Part shown: piece after piece, positions 1 to 13,280 of the stretch
Numbering within the stretch: the first letter of the stretch is position 1
How the letters are laid out: each line of letters begins with the position of its first letter
Assembly: GCF_006345805.1 (NCBI RefSeq)
Contig: NC_043000.1
Location: 85,374,001-85,438,000, forward strand
Reading direction: 5' to 3'
Origin: Octopus sinensis
Lineage: Eukaryota
Length of the DNA stretch: 64,000 nt
Notes under the pieces: model-generated
The model's database searches: none
What the model was told of the DNA's origin: nothing
What the model saw: the letters and a program-made list of their open reading frames with translations, nothing else
Made by a program: the position numbers and the translations under genes

Positions 1-887
1 GGGTCACACAAAATTCGTTGATGCAGATTTTTGTGGCTAGATGCCCTTCTTGCCAAATCTAATGTGTTTCTTAACAAGGTAATATTTTCCCTTGGCTGGA
101 CATTTTTTCATGGAAGAGTGGAAACAAATGAACTGCTTGTATGACAGTGACACCCACGACTATCACAAGGAAATACACATACACATTTTATTATTTTTAT
201 TTTTCCCTGTTGGATTTTTTTTTTTCTTTGTGATCCTGTTAAAAGTTTAATCTCAACAAGTTAGGAATTGTTAGGTTAAAACTAAGCCACTGGCAGCAAC
301 ATGAATCTAGCACTGCACACTGAAGAAAATCATTAACTGTGGCGGAGTGATTTTACTTCAAACTACAGTAAATTAAGGGAATTTATTACACCTGTGTGAA
401 CTGAACTTTAGAGACCTTGGTAATAGACACAGAAAAATGCCACTGATGGGAATTTGAAAAGTGGGCCTTCAAATCAAACTGTTCAACACCTTAGTCAATA
501 GCAATTTGTGGCTCTCATTATTTGCTCAAGATTTCTATGTTTTTAACAAAAATAAAATGAAAGTATCTTTCAAGTTGATATTTTTATGCCAATTGTACTA
601 AGCTGTACATTTGTACAATTACTGTCGAGATTGTTTCCATGGTGCTTTAAGTTAGTAACAAGACCAGTGTAATAAAATCACATTAAATTTGGAAAAATAT
701 CTTGCACAAATTTAAATTGGACTCCTACTTTTAAACATTCGTTTCTTCAAGTCTCTAATTACATAAAAATCATTGATGCTTGACATTAAAAATGTTTTTC
801 CTTCATTTTTGTGTAAGTATCCAGTGAAAGTTTGGACAAATTCAAAAACAATAAAAAAAATGTAAATTTAATTCTGCTTGCTATCTT

Positions 888-1175
888 CTCTTTTCTTGTT
901 TCAGTCATTGAACTGCAGCCATGCTGGGGCACTTCCTTGAAGCGTTTAGTCAAAGTAACATGTCTCTTTTGCTAAACTGCTGATTTATGGGGATGTAAAC
1001 AAAACACTGATTGTCAAATAATGGTAGCAGGGAGACAAACATAACACATAAATATTTATATATACACACAAAAGGCTTTTTTCAGTTTCCACCTACAAAA
1101 CTCCCTTCACAAGGTTCTGGTCAGCCCAAAGCTATAGCAAAAAATACCCAAGGTGCCATGCAGTATGGCTAAGCA
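888..1175 (-). mobile_element. older CORE-type SINE copy
   Basis: CTTGTTTCAGTCATT...GCAGCCATGCTGG...CCCAAGGTGCCATGCAG matches the family. Further partial copies at ~13735-13850, 21375-21530 and 24530-24700. Confidence 0.6.
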
Positions 1176-4100
1176 TTACATCACCCTAAGCATGTTTTAT
1201 CATTGTCTTTTTTTTCTTAATGAAAGCACTGGTGGCTGACACAATAGATTGCTAGACTAGCATTTTCCCTATGAAATGAAATCCTGAGTTGCTAACTTGA
1301 GTAACAGCAAAACTGTCCTTGATAGTAAAACCATAACCTTTTACAATGAATATTTTGATGAAGTGAATTCATTTTCCTTATTCTGCAAATATATTAGGAA
1401 AAAGTATGACCATATAAAAAAAAAATTTGATGAATGAAAATACCATTTCTACCTCTTCATCAATATCACTGAACCTAATCTAGTCAAAGAGAAAAATTAA
1501 GACTGTTGTAATATTGAGCATGGTTCTGATAAGAGTTGATTGCCTTTAAACATTTTGAAATTGTAGAAATAATTACTAGCAATATATTGCAGATGCTGTG
1601 CTCATTTTGTTACAGTAGAAGAAATCAGTGATAGAACAGGTTTGACAAATGTTTTTCCCATTCTTACTCTGTAGTATGTATATAGGAAGGTTTGGAGGAA
1701 AACAGCAAGCTAATCTAACATGCCATTGTATGTTAAGAACTGTCTAGTGTGGGACCATCTACATAGATGATTAAACATGATTAAAGTTAAAGGGATACAA
1801 GTGGAAGAAATATGTAGACAAAGCTATAATTCCAGCATGATGGCTTTTTTCAGGTTTTCAACCAGAGGTGAGTGGGTCATTGGATAAGAAAAGGAGTATA
1901 TGGATCATGAAGGACATGGAATGGAAACCTATTGCATTAAGGACTAGATAATTTTAAAATTAAGCACAATTTCAACCTAACTGGGTTCTTTCAACTTTGC
2001 TATGTTAATAAAAGTAATGTGTAGTTTGCTCAGACTTCAAATATCTATTTTATTACCATAATATATTTGTTGTTTAATATATTATGCAAATACTGAATGG
2101 AAATAGTTATTTGTTTTTGACTGAGATAAAGAGATACTACTACAGCAGCAATCTTTGATAGTTATAGTGAATAATCATCTCATCAACTCAGAAAACAGTC
2201 TGAGCCAATTAGGACTAATTATCAACTGACTTCAGTCATATTTTAACACATTTCAGCCTCATCAAACCTTTGAATTCACTTTTTTTATTTCATATATTTA
2301 CTATGTCTCAAACTCCGTCAGTTCTACATCAAATATTGAAAATTTTAGTGTAATACAGGTGCACCCTAAACCATATTGCCATAACTCTTAATGGTATCTA
2401 TGACTATAAATCTCATCTAGAATCTTTCTTGTGGCACTGATAGAACTGAATTTTGCTCAAACAAAGAAAAAAATCTATAGTTAAAAATTTACAAGAGACG
2501 CTAATAGTTACAATACCTGTACACTGTCTCTATAGACACTAAACATTATGACATCATCATTGGTTAATGCCCATGTCCTATGCTGGTTTGAGTAAGCTGA
2601 CCAAACAGGATCTGACATGTCTAAGGAGTGCATCATGCCCCAATGTCTGCTTTGGCATACGTTTCGTGACTGGGTGCACTTCCTAATGCTAACCACTTTA
2701 CAATAAGTATTGCAAAATGACTGACATTAAGATTTTCCTAAAATTTGGTATCTGATGTACCTGATACCAAATTCAGAAAAATTTTAGAAGTATGTTACGG
2801 TATTGACTCTATGGTTTGGGCTTCCCATGTCTTGAGGAGAAAGACAGAGAGGCTGCACAGTCTACTCAATTAAGAAAAGTGCCTCACGTGAAAATAGAGT
2901 GAAAAGTCTTTAAAAAATGGCATCCACTCTAAAATACGTGCTCCAATAATTCATGCATCTAAAGCCATCCTTGTAATGGTGGAATGGAAAAAAAAAAAAT
3001 GTTTTGAAGTGAATGAAAATGTGTAAGGACCAAGAAAAAAAATTTAATTTAATGAGAGTTACTATCAACATCTAGATACTAAAAAGCAATTTTCTTTGTT
3101 AATGTAAATGCTGTAATTTGAAAGTCTGAAGTTCAAATTTGGTAATATTTCAAAATATTTCAAAGTGAAAGATAGCATGTAGCTATGAAGGGTTTTTTTT
3201 TTCCTTCTTTCCAGTGAAAAGCAATTAAAGCAAGCAAACTTTGGTTGCACTGAAAATATCAAAATAAGTGGAACAAAGAACAAAAAAAAAGAACAAACAA
3301 GACAAAATTAGGCAGATATATTTAGTACATGCAAATATTACATATCACAGACCCGAAAATTTTTAAAACATGCACAGTAACATGTAGCGAAACCAAAGCA
3401 TCATTTGGTCGAAAGACTAAATCTTTCATTTTTCAAATCCCAGTACTTTATTATGTTTCATTATTATACCTGTGGCAAAAAAAAATCAGTTTGGTTTAAC
3501 AAATAAAACTACTTTAAATAAATATGATACATCCCCAAGTATAATAGATTCTGATTAAGAAATAAAAATGCATGAGAGATATAAAAATGTTTGGTGCTGC
3601 GATGAAATATATTTTTTTAAATAAATATATTTGGTAAGGCAATATAGTGTGTGGGAGTGGGAAGACAGGCTCTGAATTAAAAAATACATAGCAAATCTAT
3701 AATGCAAAATAGAATGCATATGGGCAAATTAGAAAGCCAGAAATGAATTGGAAATTAAAAAAAAAATAATAATAAATAAGCATATAGTTCATGAAAAAGG
3801 TATATAAAAACAATTCAGATCTCTTAATGTTGATGATATTCTCTGGGAATGCAAAATAAACTTAAGATTTAAACACCACATTTTAACTAATCCTAATATA
3901 AAACTAAATAAACGGCTGTAATGTGTAATTTCTATCTGTAAAAAAAAAAAAATTTTAAACTGAGCTTCTATGAAAATAATTGCAAATTATCTAATACTAT
4001 AAATTGTAACTTGAGAAATAATTCAACAAACAAAAAGTGAAAGAAAAGATTTCTTATAGATTTCAACTAGTTCAACTACTTTTTGAAAAGAAAACAAGGA

Positions 4101-4759
4101 ATTTAACTATTATCACTACAATTTAATAACCCTATGAATTCTAATTTAAGTACTTTAATATACCTGAAACGTTTGTAATTAGACTTCCTCATCAACAAAA
4201 TAAATCAGCTAGCCACAGCAATAAAAGACCAATCCAATGGATATTAAAAGTGGATGACAATTTTTGAAATTGGTGGGCAGGTGGAGCTCCAAATATTTTA
4301 GTGCTAACAGAATAATCTAGAAATGTCATGAAACACACACACATATAAAAGCCAAGTAGCTGAAAGAGTCACTTGTTCATATTCTATCAATGGGAAAAAT
4401 TCAACTTGTATTACACATACAACCTAAATAGACATCATAAAAGAGCCAATTCAATATTGCAAGCAGTGGGGAGCACTATATGATTAACAAGTGTTTTGTC
4501 AATTTTCATTGGTGGACTTCAATCCAACCTTATGTTGTGCTTCACTACAATGACAACCCATGGATCCACTACATAAAACCTATCATCTAGGCACACTTCA
4601 ATCATCCAAATGATACAACATACATGAGCATTTATTCCACACATTTCATACTGTATGTAGGCATTTTCATTTTCTATTTAGTTTGAGAGTTTCAAGTTGG
4701 TGACAGACTCTCCCAGAAAATATCAAATTGCTTCACAGGTCATAGCTAGACACACATGT

Positions 4760-5130
4760 AGAAAATAATAAATAAGCACGCACACACACGCGCACATATA
4801 AACACACAATACATGTATATTCATGCATAGGCATAAATATATATATATAATACAGCATATTGTGTATATAAATGTACACCACAATGTGTGTACATATATA
4901 CACATCTTATGTATATATATACAAACTATAGACTTTACACACACAGTATATATAACATTTATATATACACAGTATATAATAAACATGTACATATACAATA
5001 TATACACATATACATATATCATACAATAATATATATTTTATTTATATATTTATGTATATAAATATGTAAAACCCACACATTACCACATGCAAAATATATA
5101 CATTATATGTATAATATATATTATTTATAC

Positions 5131-5168
<38 letters not shown>

Positions 5169-5400
5169 TATATTGTCTACACATTTTATCTATATACATA
5201 TAATCATATATATACTCATACAAATATATATTGTCCATACATTTTATCTATAGTTGTCTGTACTATTATTCTATTATCTTGACACTTTATGTATTTAATA
5301 TAATTGTTATATACCATATGCACACACACAATGCATATATATAACCTTTATATGATTCGTTTATAAATACACATCCATATTATCTCACACACATACCCCT
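4760..5400. repeat. degenerate (TA)/(CA) microsatellite field
   Basis: Direct reading. Similar fields at ~8410-9050, 38062-38136, 38705-38815, 41245-41350, 43550-43673, 47170-47290, 56250-56600 and 61265-61305. Confidence 0.9.
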
Positions 5401-8400
5401 GTTCAGTATTTGGGCAGCCACTAACAAGATTTGATGCAGCCAAAAGACAAAACAAAAAATGTTTGTAGTGTTATATACTATATTCCAGGAACTTATGTAA
5501 AAAAAATTCTAACAACACATTATTTGAAATTTACCAAAGTAACTGGATTATTATTATATTGCATAGCAATATCTATTTCTGGTCATTTTAATTTTCTGGA
5601 ATTAATACAAATATCATCCTCATATTTGATCAATTTTGACTCAACACAGGAAAGGATCTTTATGGCTAACTTCTTTCCATACCAGAAAAAAAGAAAAAAA
5701 ACAGCAAATAAAAGCCAAAGATTTAAAAAAATCAAATTTTAAAAAAAAATCAATAACCTTTTCATAAATATGAATTTGTTGCAAATTTTTAATTATTATT
5801 TGCTCACTTCACACCAAGACAGCCAAACACAGCTGCTATGTGAAATAGTGAAATCATTTCAACTGCCAGCCTTAAGTAGCCATAATTTTAATTGCTTACA
5901 ACATGTAATTTATTGTACAGATTTAAATGGTTTTTGATAGAAGATATAGGGAAAAAGCAATCAAAACAGTGATAAAAGCAATCTAATTCAATAATCAAGA
6001 TGAAAAGGGGGATACAGTATTGCTACATGACAATGGGCACTGAAAATATGTAAATTCACATCAATAATTTATTTTTTAAATGCGAAATCTGGGAAAAAGT
6101 AAAAAACAAAAACAAAACTCAATTTTCATAAGAGGCCTGGCTAAGATTTTAACATGTAACCAAACCTTATTTGAGAGTTCAGGAAATTAAATAAAAGAAA
6201 TACCGAGTCTCAAAATTTAGAGATAAAAACAAAACTAAACTAAAAACTTCCTGAACACACAGCTTCAAATCACCTAATAAATTGTTTCATTGAAAAGAAA
6301 ACTGTAGTAACTGTAACATTAGAGCCAATGTGAAGTTTAGGGACAACCAGTCATATATACTATAATTATACTTGAACAGAGAAAAGAATATTTTAACATC
6401 AAAATGACAAATACAATGTACCAAACTGCAATGATTAAAAGAAAATTTATAAATAGGAGTTAGGCACTTAAAAGAACCTTAAGAATTACTTTTCAAAAAT
6501 TCTTTAAGAAACAAGAGTAAAAATTAAGGTCTAATGTTTATGTAAAAATTTACACTGATATTTTAGACCAAGGCCTAAAGTGTACAAATCAGTGTATTTG
6601 TATGTGTACATGCATATGTGCATATATATGTATACACATACACACATATGTATATATGTCTGAATGAGATGAGGGCATGCAGAAAGGTTTAATAAGAACC
6701 ACACCAAGGGTCCCCCCCTCACATTATAAACAGGATGGGCCTGAAACCAAAACATTTTGGTTTGGCAATAATCATTTCATTTAAGTTTAAAAGAATTTTA
6801 GTGGTCATTAAAGAGACAAAAAAGTGGTTGCAGCTAGCAGAAATTCATTAGCTAGGAAATCAAATGCAATTCTTTTACATCCACTTTGACATTTCAAATA
6901 TAAAATGCTGAATACCAATGATAATGGCAGTGTTTTGATTTTGATGCTCTTAAATTAAATAGTATACATCTTAAGGAACAACCAGCCCAGCAAAGGTTAA
7001 ATATTTCACTTGAAAAACACAAGATGGAGAACTGAATTTTCTGTCCAGTCTTTTCTGAATAAATGATGCATACAATTGAGTAAAGGATATTTTTTTTAAT
7101 TTTTTTTTTTTTGTAAGAAAAGAAGAAAATTATGATGGCACCAACATAGTTTGATGAAAGCCCTGAAGATATAGATCCTCATTTGTCAAGATATTGCACA
7201 CTTGGTCAGATTCCTTGCAAAATTCAATCATTCAATTTTCTTCTTATCCAAGTTTACTAAAGAACTTTAAAAATAAAATTAGGAGAAAGGCAAAGTGATA
7301 AAGCCAAGTGACACTTGGTAAATTCCAAGTAATGCCTAACAAATATGCATTCAGAAGGAAAAAAAAAAAGATTGAAAAGTCAGACTCAATCTCACTTCAA
7401 GAGAAAAACATAGTAAACTGCTGAAAAACTATGTACACTGTATTTCACAATGCTTCTTGTTTTAGTAGAGCATAGAAACCTAAGTTAATATATTTCAACC
7501 TTTGTCATTTTAATGATTATAGTCTTTAGAAAAAATAAAAGAAATACATGAATTTTATAAGTTTATAAATTTCAAACATTTACTCTTGGTGTTAAAGAAA
7601 GACTAGGTGAGCAACTCATAGCATTTGCCATAATCCTTGGAATAAGAAAGCACGAAAGAGAATAGAAATTCCCTTCATTTCAAGTTAGAAAATAAAGCCT
7701 CAAACCATTTTAGAAAATATATAGCCAGCTTCTAAATCCTAAATGCTTTCATAAAATTATTTGATACAATACAAAGTAATTTTTAAAGATTAAAAAAATG
7801 CCTGCGAGTCAAAATAATCTAAATTCCAAAGAAAATTATCTAAGCAGTGTATTAAGAATAAATTTTTGGCTAAAAACTGAAAATTAACATTTTCCATGAA
7901 GTTAGAACTAAATTCAAATGTTACTTAGCATTAAAATATATAAACACTTGTTGTATGGCAAATATAAACCTACTTCTATTCTAGAGAATTGTAATTAGAA
8001 ATAACTCACTAATTCAAGAAAATATCTTAAACATTTATGTCCTAAAAAAATAATTTAAAAAAACACAGAAAAACATAACTTCACGAAAATAACTGACATG
8101 TGACAAAAAAGGTAAAGAAAAAAATTCCACAGCTAAGAAATAGGAATACTACAAAAGATAGTAATAGGGGTCGATTTCTTTTTTCCTGGTGTGTTTTTCC
8201 CCCAATACTATTTAATGAATACTGCACTAAGCGAAACTTCTTTCAAATCATAATAGCGAAAATAAGAAACTTTGTCAAAATAAACAAAACTAGAATTGCA
8301 AAGTAAATTATATAGCAGAAGCTGCATTAACTAAGATTGTGAATCTTAATACAATTTTAAAATTACATTTATTGTATACACGTTTTACTAACTCTGTGCA

Positions 8401-8420
8401 AATACATAAAATGTATTACA

Positions 8421-8451
<31 letters not shown>

Positions 8452-8993
8452 ATACACACAAACACACACACACAAAGGACGTATATACATAACACACACA
8501 CGCGAGTATCAATACATACATGTATAGATATCACATATACATATATAGTTATGTGCATATTTTATATACATACACATTTATATACACATGCATGTATATA
8601 TATATGTGTGTGTTTATATACACACACACAAACATGTATACACATTTGTATACATATATTCATATACCTACATACACGTGCAGATACATACATGTACACA
8701 TATATACATATGCATATATATATGTTCATACATATATAAACATACATTTATGTATATAAATACACACAGATACACATAAACATACATTTATTATATATGT
8801 ATATTATATGTAACTTAACTTTTATCTACATAATATATTTAATATAAATATATATATACATAATACATGTATATTCAATACATATGTTGTATCATATGTA
8901 TTAAAACTATTATATATCTATATATATATATACATACACACACACACAGCTCTCAGTAAATTATATATACATATATACATGCATTGTATCATT

Positions 8994-9024
<31 letters not shown>

Positions 9025-9798
9025 CACACCCGTGTATGTGTGTATGATCATTCCCTTTCAGACATAAGTCTCTGAAGGTTTCATCAGCATGGATTACAAT
9101 AAATACTTAAGTTGTATTATTTCTATTTGAAGTTTAGAAAATCTTTACAAGAAACTTTCTCTAGAGAAAAAAAAAAACTATTTGAAAGAAATAGTCTAAA
9201 ACCTCATCTCCAAATGAAATTATGCCAAATGCACCTTCATAAAATGCCTGAGGATGCCTCTAGCCTGTCAATGGAAAACAGTTCACCGACTAACACTAAA
9301 GTATAAACAAGATGTTAATTTCTTAGAAGAATATAAGGTAAGAAGAAATATAGATTTCTATTAAAAATTTGTCTACTAACAATATTTACATAAGTTTTAG
9401 AATGGGAGAAGGGAAGGATATTTGAAAGCAATAAAAAATAAACCCCAATAATTTGGCAAATGCGAAAATATTTTCATTGAGATTCATTTAGATTGTGAAC
9501 AACCGAAATTAAACTGTCTAAGATGTAGACAGGCTAGAATAGTGAAGTTTGAAAATTCCATGAGATTAAGATATCAACATATTGGTGAATTCTGCTAATG
9601 TGGTGTTTTCTTTTACAATATCAATGATGCTCTTTTTCAAACAAGAAGACCATCATGAAATATAGTCAACTTTAAAAATTCTTGACAGTTGAAAGAAGTC
9701 TTTTTTTTTCCTCTTGAAGAAGATTCTACAAAATCAGTAATTTTGATTGTTGGAATTAACTTTTGCAGGCTATTTCAGGTCTTTTTTTTTTTTTTTCT

Positions 9799-9838
<40 letters not shown>

Positions 9839-10488
9839 ACAGTGTTCAGGGAGTATTCTTTCGAATACTTTCGCAACAAACTTTATTTCTTCAATTCACT
9901 AAATGAAAAAATTGTTCATTAGGGATAAAATCTTAAATACAAATTTTGAAATTCGAAACATTTTCATTTCAAAATTGCTAATCAAAGTGTTATTTTGTGC
10001 ATAAAGTTTACTTTTTTAATTTTTTTTTGGCTTTAATAGTTCAAAAATTTTATTTTTTAAATTTTTTTTTGTTTCTTTTGTTTTCATAAAGAAAAATGTA
10101 ATAGTTGTTAACAAGCATACGAGATGATTTTTGTCTTTAGAAGGCACATGAAACCAAAAAGGCAGGTAAACATCAGCCATACCTTCACAGATACAATGGT
10201 AAACATTGGAAAGAGGCCAAATCTTAGAGTATTTCAAGAGTATGTATGTCTTATGTACTAGCTCAGATGCAGGGAAGAAATTGGATTAAAAACTATAGCT
10301 TTAAAAGAAAAAAAAAATGAAAACAGATTTAAGAGGAAGATAACAAAAAATGACAAAATTAAATAATGATATAAATTAAATGTCATAAAGTTATCTAAGT
10401 AAGGAGTTTAGAAACTGAATATAGAAAATGTACATAGCCTCCCTGCTGCTTCACTTAACTCCTATAGCTAATACAGAATAACTAAGAG

Positions 10489-12330
10489 CTAAATACCTTC
10501 ATGAAAGAATTGTGTTGCAAGAATATCCCCAGTGACAATTGTCTGGCACGATGCATCAATTTGCTTTGTACAGCAATTATTATTGTTACCATTAGTTTGT
10601 TCGTTGCTCAAGTCAACATCAGCACCGTATTTATCAGCAGATTGCCCATTTAACATATCTCCATTCTCAAGTATTGTATTGGTGTTGCTGCTCAGTCCAT
10701 TCATGAAAGGTTCTTTTTCACCATTATGGCATCTGGAATCACGAGGACTGTCGCCAAGAACAGACTGATTCATGTAATATCGTTCAGCTACCATAGAAGG
10801 ATTCTGTGCATCACCACCAGCCTCATCACTTAGATCAAGATCATCTATGTCTTTCATTCCTTCTAATTCCACAGATTTGAAGTTCCAAACTGGCACTACA
10901 CCGGCACCACTAGGCGCTGCATCAAAGAAAGCATACCTCAAACCTCCCACAGTGACTGGTGAATTGAGGATGTTGTTGTCGTTTAAGTCAGGAATTACTT
11001 TCTTCAGTTCATCGTCTATGTTGCCGAGAGGAGTGCCAGGATCTCTGGATCTTCCATCCAAAGGCAAATGGAGTCTTTCAGCAAGACGGTCAATCATATC
11101 CTCAATAGATTCATTTTCCTTCCATACTCGAGTGGCACGCCACCTAGCTCGACTGCCCTTTGGAGCTGGGATAGCATCAAAGCAAACAGTTTCACCAACA
11201 GACAAAAGTCTATTCAAATCATCTATATGGCGGCCAAAGATGCAACGGTCAATAAAAACATGTTCATGCCTTCCTAAATCAATGATACCCCAAAGTTTAG
11301 CAACATGATATATCTTCCCTTTTCTATTGGTAATCGTTGGTTTATTTGGACATGTTGGTTTACTGCCAGTGATTACAACATTTAATCGAGTATTTTTAAT
11401 CACTGACACCGTCTCATCTTCAGATATTGCAAAGATGTTTGAGTGCTGCCTCAAGAATTTTTCCAATTCAGTTTTACTCCATCCAATTGTATTCCTCAAA
11501 CTCTCTGGTGCTTGACTAAAATGGCCACTAAGACTGTTAAGCTTTATGTCACCTTTCTTCTCAATAATATTTTTCAGAAACATAACAGCTTTGTATTCAT
11601 TAGCAGTCATTGTCATAGGCCCAGACTTGGAACTCAATATGCCAGGTGACTTCAATGGCTTGGCATCCATTATATTTAAGCTGCGAGGTCTATTTTTTAA
11701 TTTAGGTGTCAATGGCATAGAAAGCATACCAGGGTCCCCTGCAAACTGTCTACCGTCATCATCAGTCTGGTCTGATTCTGACTTTAAGGGACTACAAGCC
11801 ATATTGTCCTTAAGACAAACAATATCCCCTTTCACTTCAAAAATTAAAGGATGTTTATGCAACCAGTCTTCAAATTCATTCTGTGGACCAACACACTCAC
11901 GGATTTCTGCAGAAGCCTGAGACAGATGACCAGCTAGACTTTTGGTAGCCATCCATTTTTCGCCCTTTTTAAGAAATTTGCTACGAAAATATTGAACGGC
12001 TTCTGTTTCAATGGATACTTCAGGAAGACTGAAACTTGAGGAAGATGATGCTGGACTACTATCACGAACATTGTTATTTACTGAACTACTCCAACAAGTA
12101 CCATCTGTTAAACACACAAGATTACCATTTACAGTGAAAAGAGAAGGATATTTAAGCAGGAATTTTTTTAACCCAGCCTCATTGCCACCTGCAGCATGCC
12201 GCATTTCAGATGTAAAATTTCGACTGCCAAAGCGACCAGCCAACTGGCTAATACTGAGTGGTGAAGGGCTGTGGTTCATCAACACCTCAAGGAAATATAA
12301 CATAGCTTTGTGACCTGGATCCTCCGCCAT
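10489..12330 (-). CDS. Egalitarian/LIN-66-like RNA-binding protein, 613 aa, single coding exon: 3 winged-helix (Egl-type LOTUS-like) repeats + cold-shock/OB-like domain + low-complexity tail
   Basis: Uninterrupted ORF, ATG in AAATAATGG context, TAG stop. Three internal repeats (aa ~5-74, ~107-174, ~243-311) share a YF/FL...SL.GH/RF.....R...G......FL..HP..F.V....V pattern like the N-terminal repeats of Drosophila Egl as I recall them. aa ~335-405 (KGKIYHVAKLWGIIDLGRHEHVFID...VGETVCFDA...WRATRVW) has a cold-shock-like beta pattern. No exonuclease domain. Confidence 0.9.
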   Translation of the reverse strand: MAEDPGHKAMLYFLEVLMNHSPSPLSISQLAGRFGSRNFTSEMRHAAGGNEAGLKKFLLKYPSLFTVNGNLVCLTDGTCWSSSVNNNVRDSSPASSSSSFSLPEVSIETEAVQYFRSKFLKKGEKWMATKSLAGHLSQASAEIRECVGPQNEFEDWLHKHPLIFEVKGDIVCLKDNMACSPLKSESDQTDDDGRQFAGDPGMLSMPLTPKLKNRPRSLNIMDAKPLKSPGILSSKSGPMTMTANEYKAVMFLKNIIEKKGDIKLNSLSGHFSQAPESLRNTIGWSKTELEKFLRQHSNIFAISEDETVSVIKNTRLNVVITGSKPTCPNKPTITNRKGKIYHVAKLWGIIDLGRHEHVFIDRCIFGRHIDDLNRLLSVGETVCFDAIPAPKGSRARWRATRVWKENESIEDMIDRLAERLHLPLDGRSRDPGTPLGNIDDELKKVIPDLNDNNILNSPVTVGGLRYAFFDAAPSGAGVVPVWNFKSVELEGMKDIDDLDLSDEAGGDAQNPSMVAERYYMNQSVLGDSPRDSRCHNGEKEPFMNGLSSNTNTILENGDMLNGQSADKYGADVDLSNEQTNGNNNNCCTKQIDASCQTIVTGDILATQFFHEGI

Positions 12331-12410
12331 TATTTTAGGTTGGTAAGAGCCAAATGAGGAATCAAGATAAGTGTCTTGAAAAGAATCCCTAAAAATAGAA
12401 AAATAAAATT
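12331..12410 (-). other. 3' splice acceptor and 58-nt 5'UTR part of the coding exon
   Basis: Minus strand reads TTTTATTTTTCTATTTTTAG|GGATTC; AG is at 12390-12389 and the exon starts at 12388, so an upstream non-coding exon is implied. Confidence 0.7.
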
Positions 12411-13023
12411 ATATTTGAAGTATTAAAAAGCAAATTGGAACAAATTTTAAAATTAGTATAATTATAACTATTTTTGAAATTTTTTTAAAACTTAATTTAG
12501 TATTTGAAAAGTTTTGCCAAAATCTGAGTAAAATGAATGGTTAGCAAAATGTTTAAACAGAATGGAATCAATGTATACACAAAGATTATATTTGAAAAAC
12601 ATTTTAAAATTTAATTTTCTTAAAAAAGATTTTACAAAGATCAATTTCACATATTTCCAAGGAGAATAAAAATTTGAAGATGGCAAATGAATTAATAACT
12701 ATCAACCCAAACACACAGAATATAATTTGTGACAACAGTACATGGCAACAAAATTGTTGGGATGGGGCTTAGTTTATTGAATCAACCTTTGTACTCAAAT
12801 AGCACTTAGGTTTTCAACCTCAATGGAATGAAAGGTGAAGCCAATCCCAGCAGAATCTCTAAGCCCAGAACATCAACTTTTTTTTTCCTTCTCCACCACA
12901 AAATCATAGTATCAACTAAGAAAAAGTCACTGACAAGATTCTTTTAAATATTTTTTTATATCTAAAAACTTTTATATTGAGAGTGGAGTGATGGTCTGCA
13001 GCAGAAACAGTTTTTATCTAGAT

Positions 13024-13280
13024 CAGTGTTTCTCAACCATTTTTTACCTATGGACACTTCTGACTCCTATTTTATTCTATTGGTACCTCAGAGCCATGCA
13101 GTGATTAAAATATTGTATCATATTTTTATGATTAAATATTATTAGGAATTGTATTAAAACAGAATTGCTAAAATATTTTGTGAACTGTAAAAGTATAAAC
13201 AATTTCTTGCACATAAATTTTAACAAAAAAGTCTCATATGGATCCCCAAGGGCTATATGGATCCTAGTTGAGAACCACTG
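13024..13280. mobile_element. hAT (Charlie-like) MITE, 257 bp
   Basis: TIRs CAGTGTTTCTCAAC / GTTGAGAACCACTG. 8-bp flanks ATCTAGAT and ATCTACAC fit the NTCTAGAN target. Confidence 0.85.

Noticed and set aside
4723-9050. ORFs rich in Y/I/H/T/C/V
   Set aside because: Translations of (TA)/(CA) microsatellites. The same applies at 38678-39006 and 43402-43825.
10532-12313. Plus-strand ORFs overlapping the main CDS (e.g. 10847-11308, 153 aa)
   Set aside because: Antisense shadows of a real coding frame; no motifs or independent signals.
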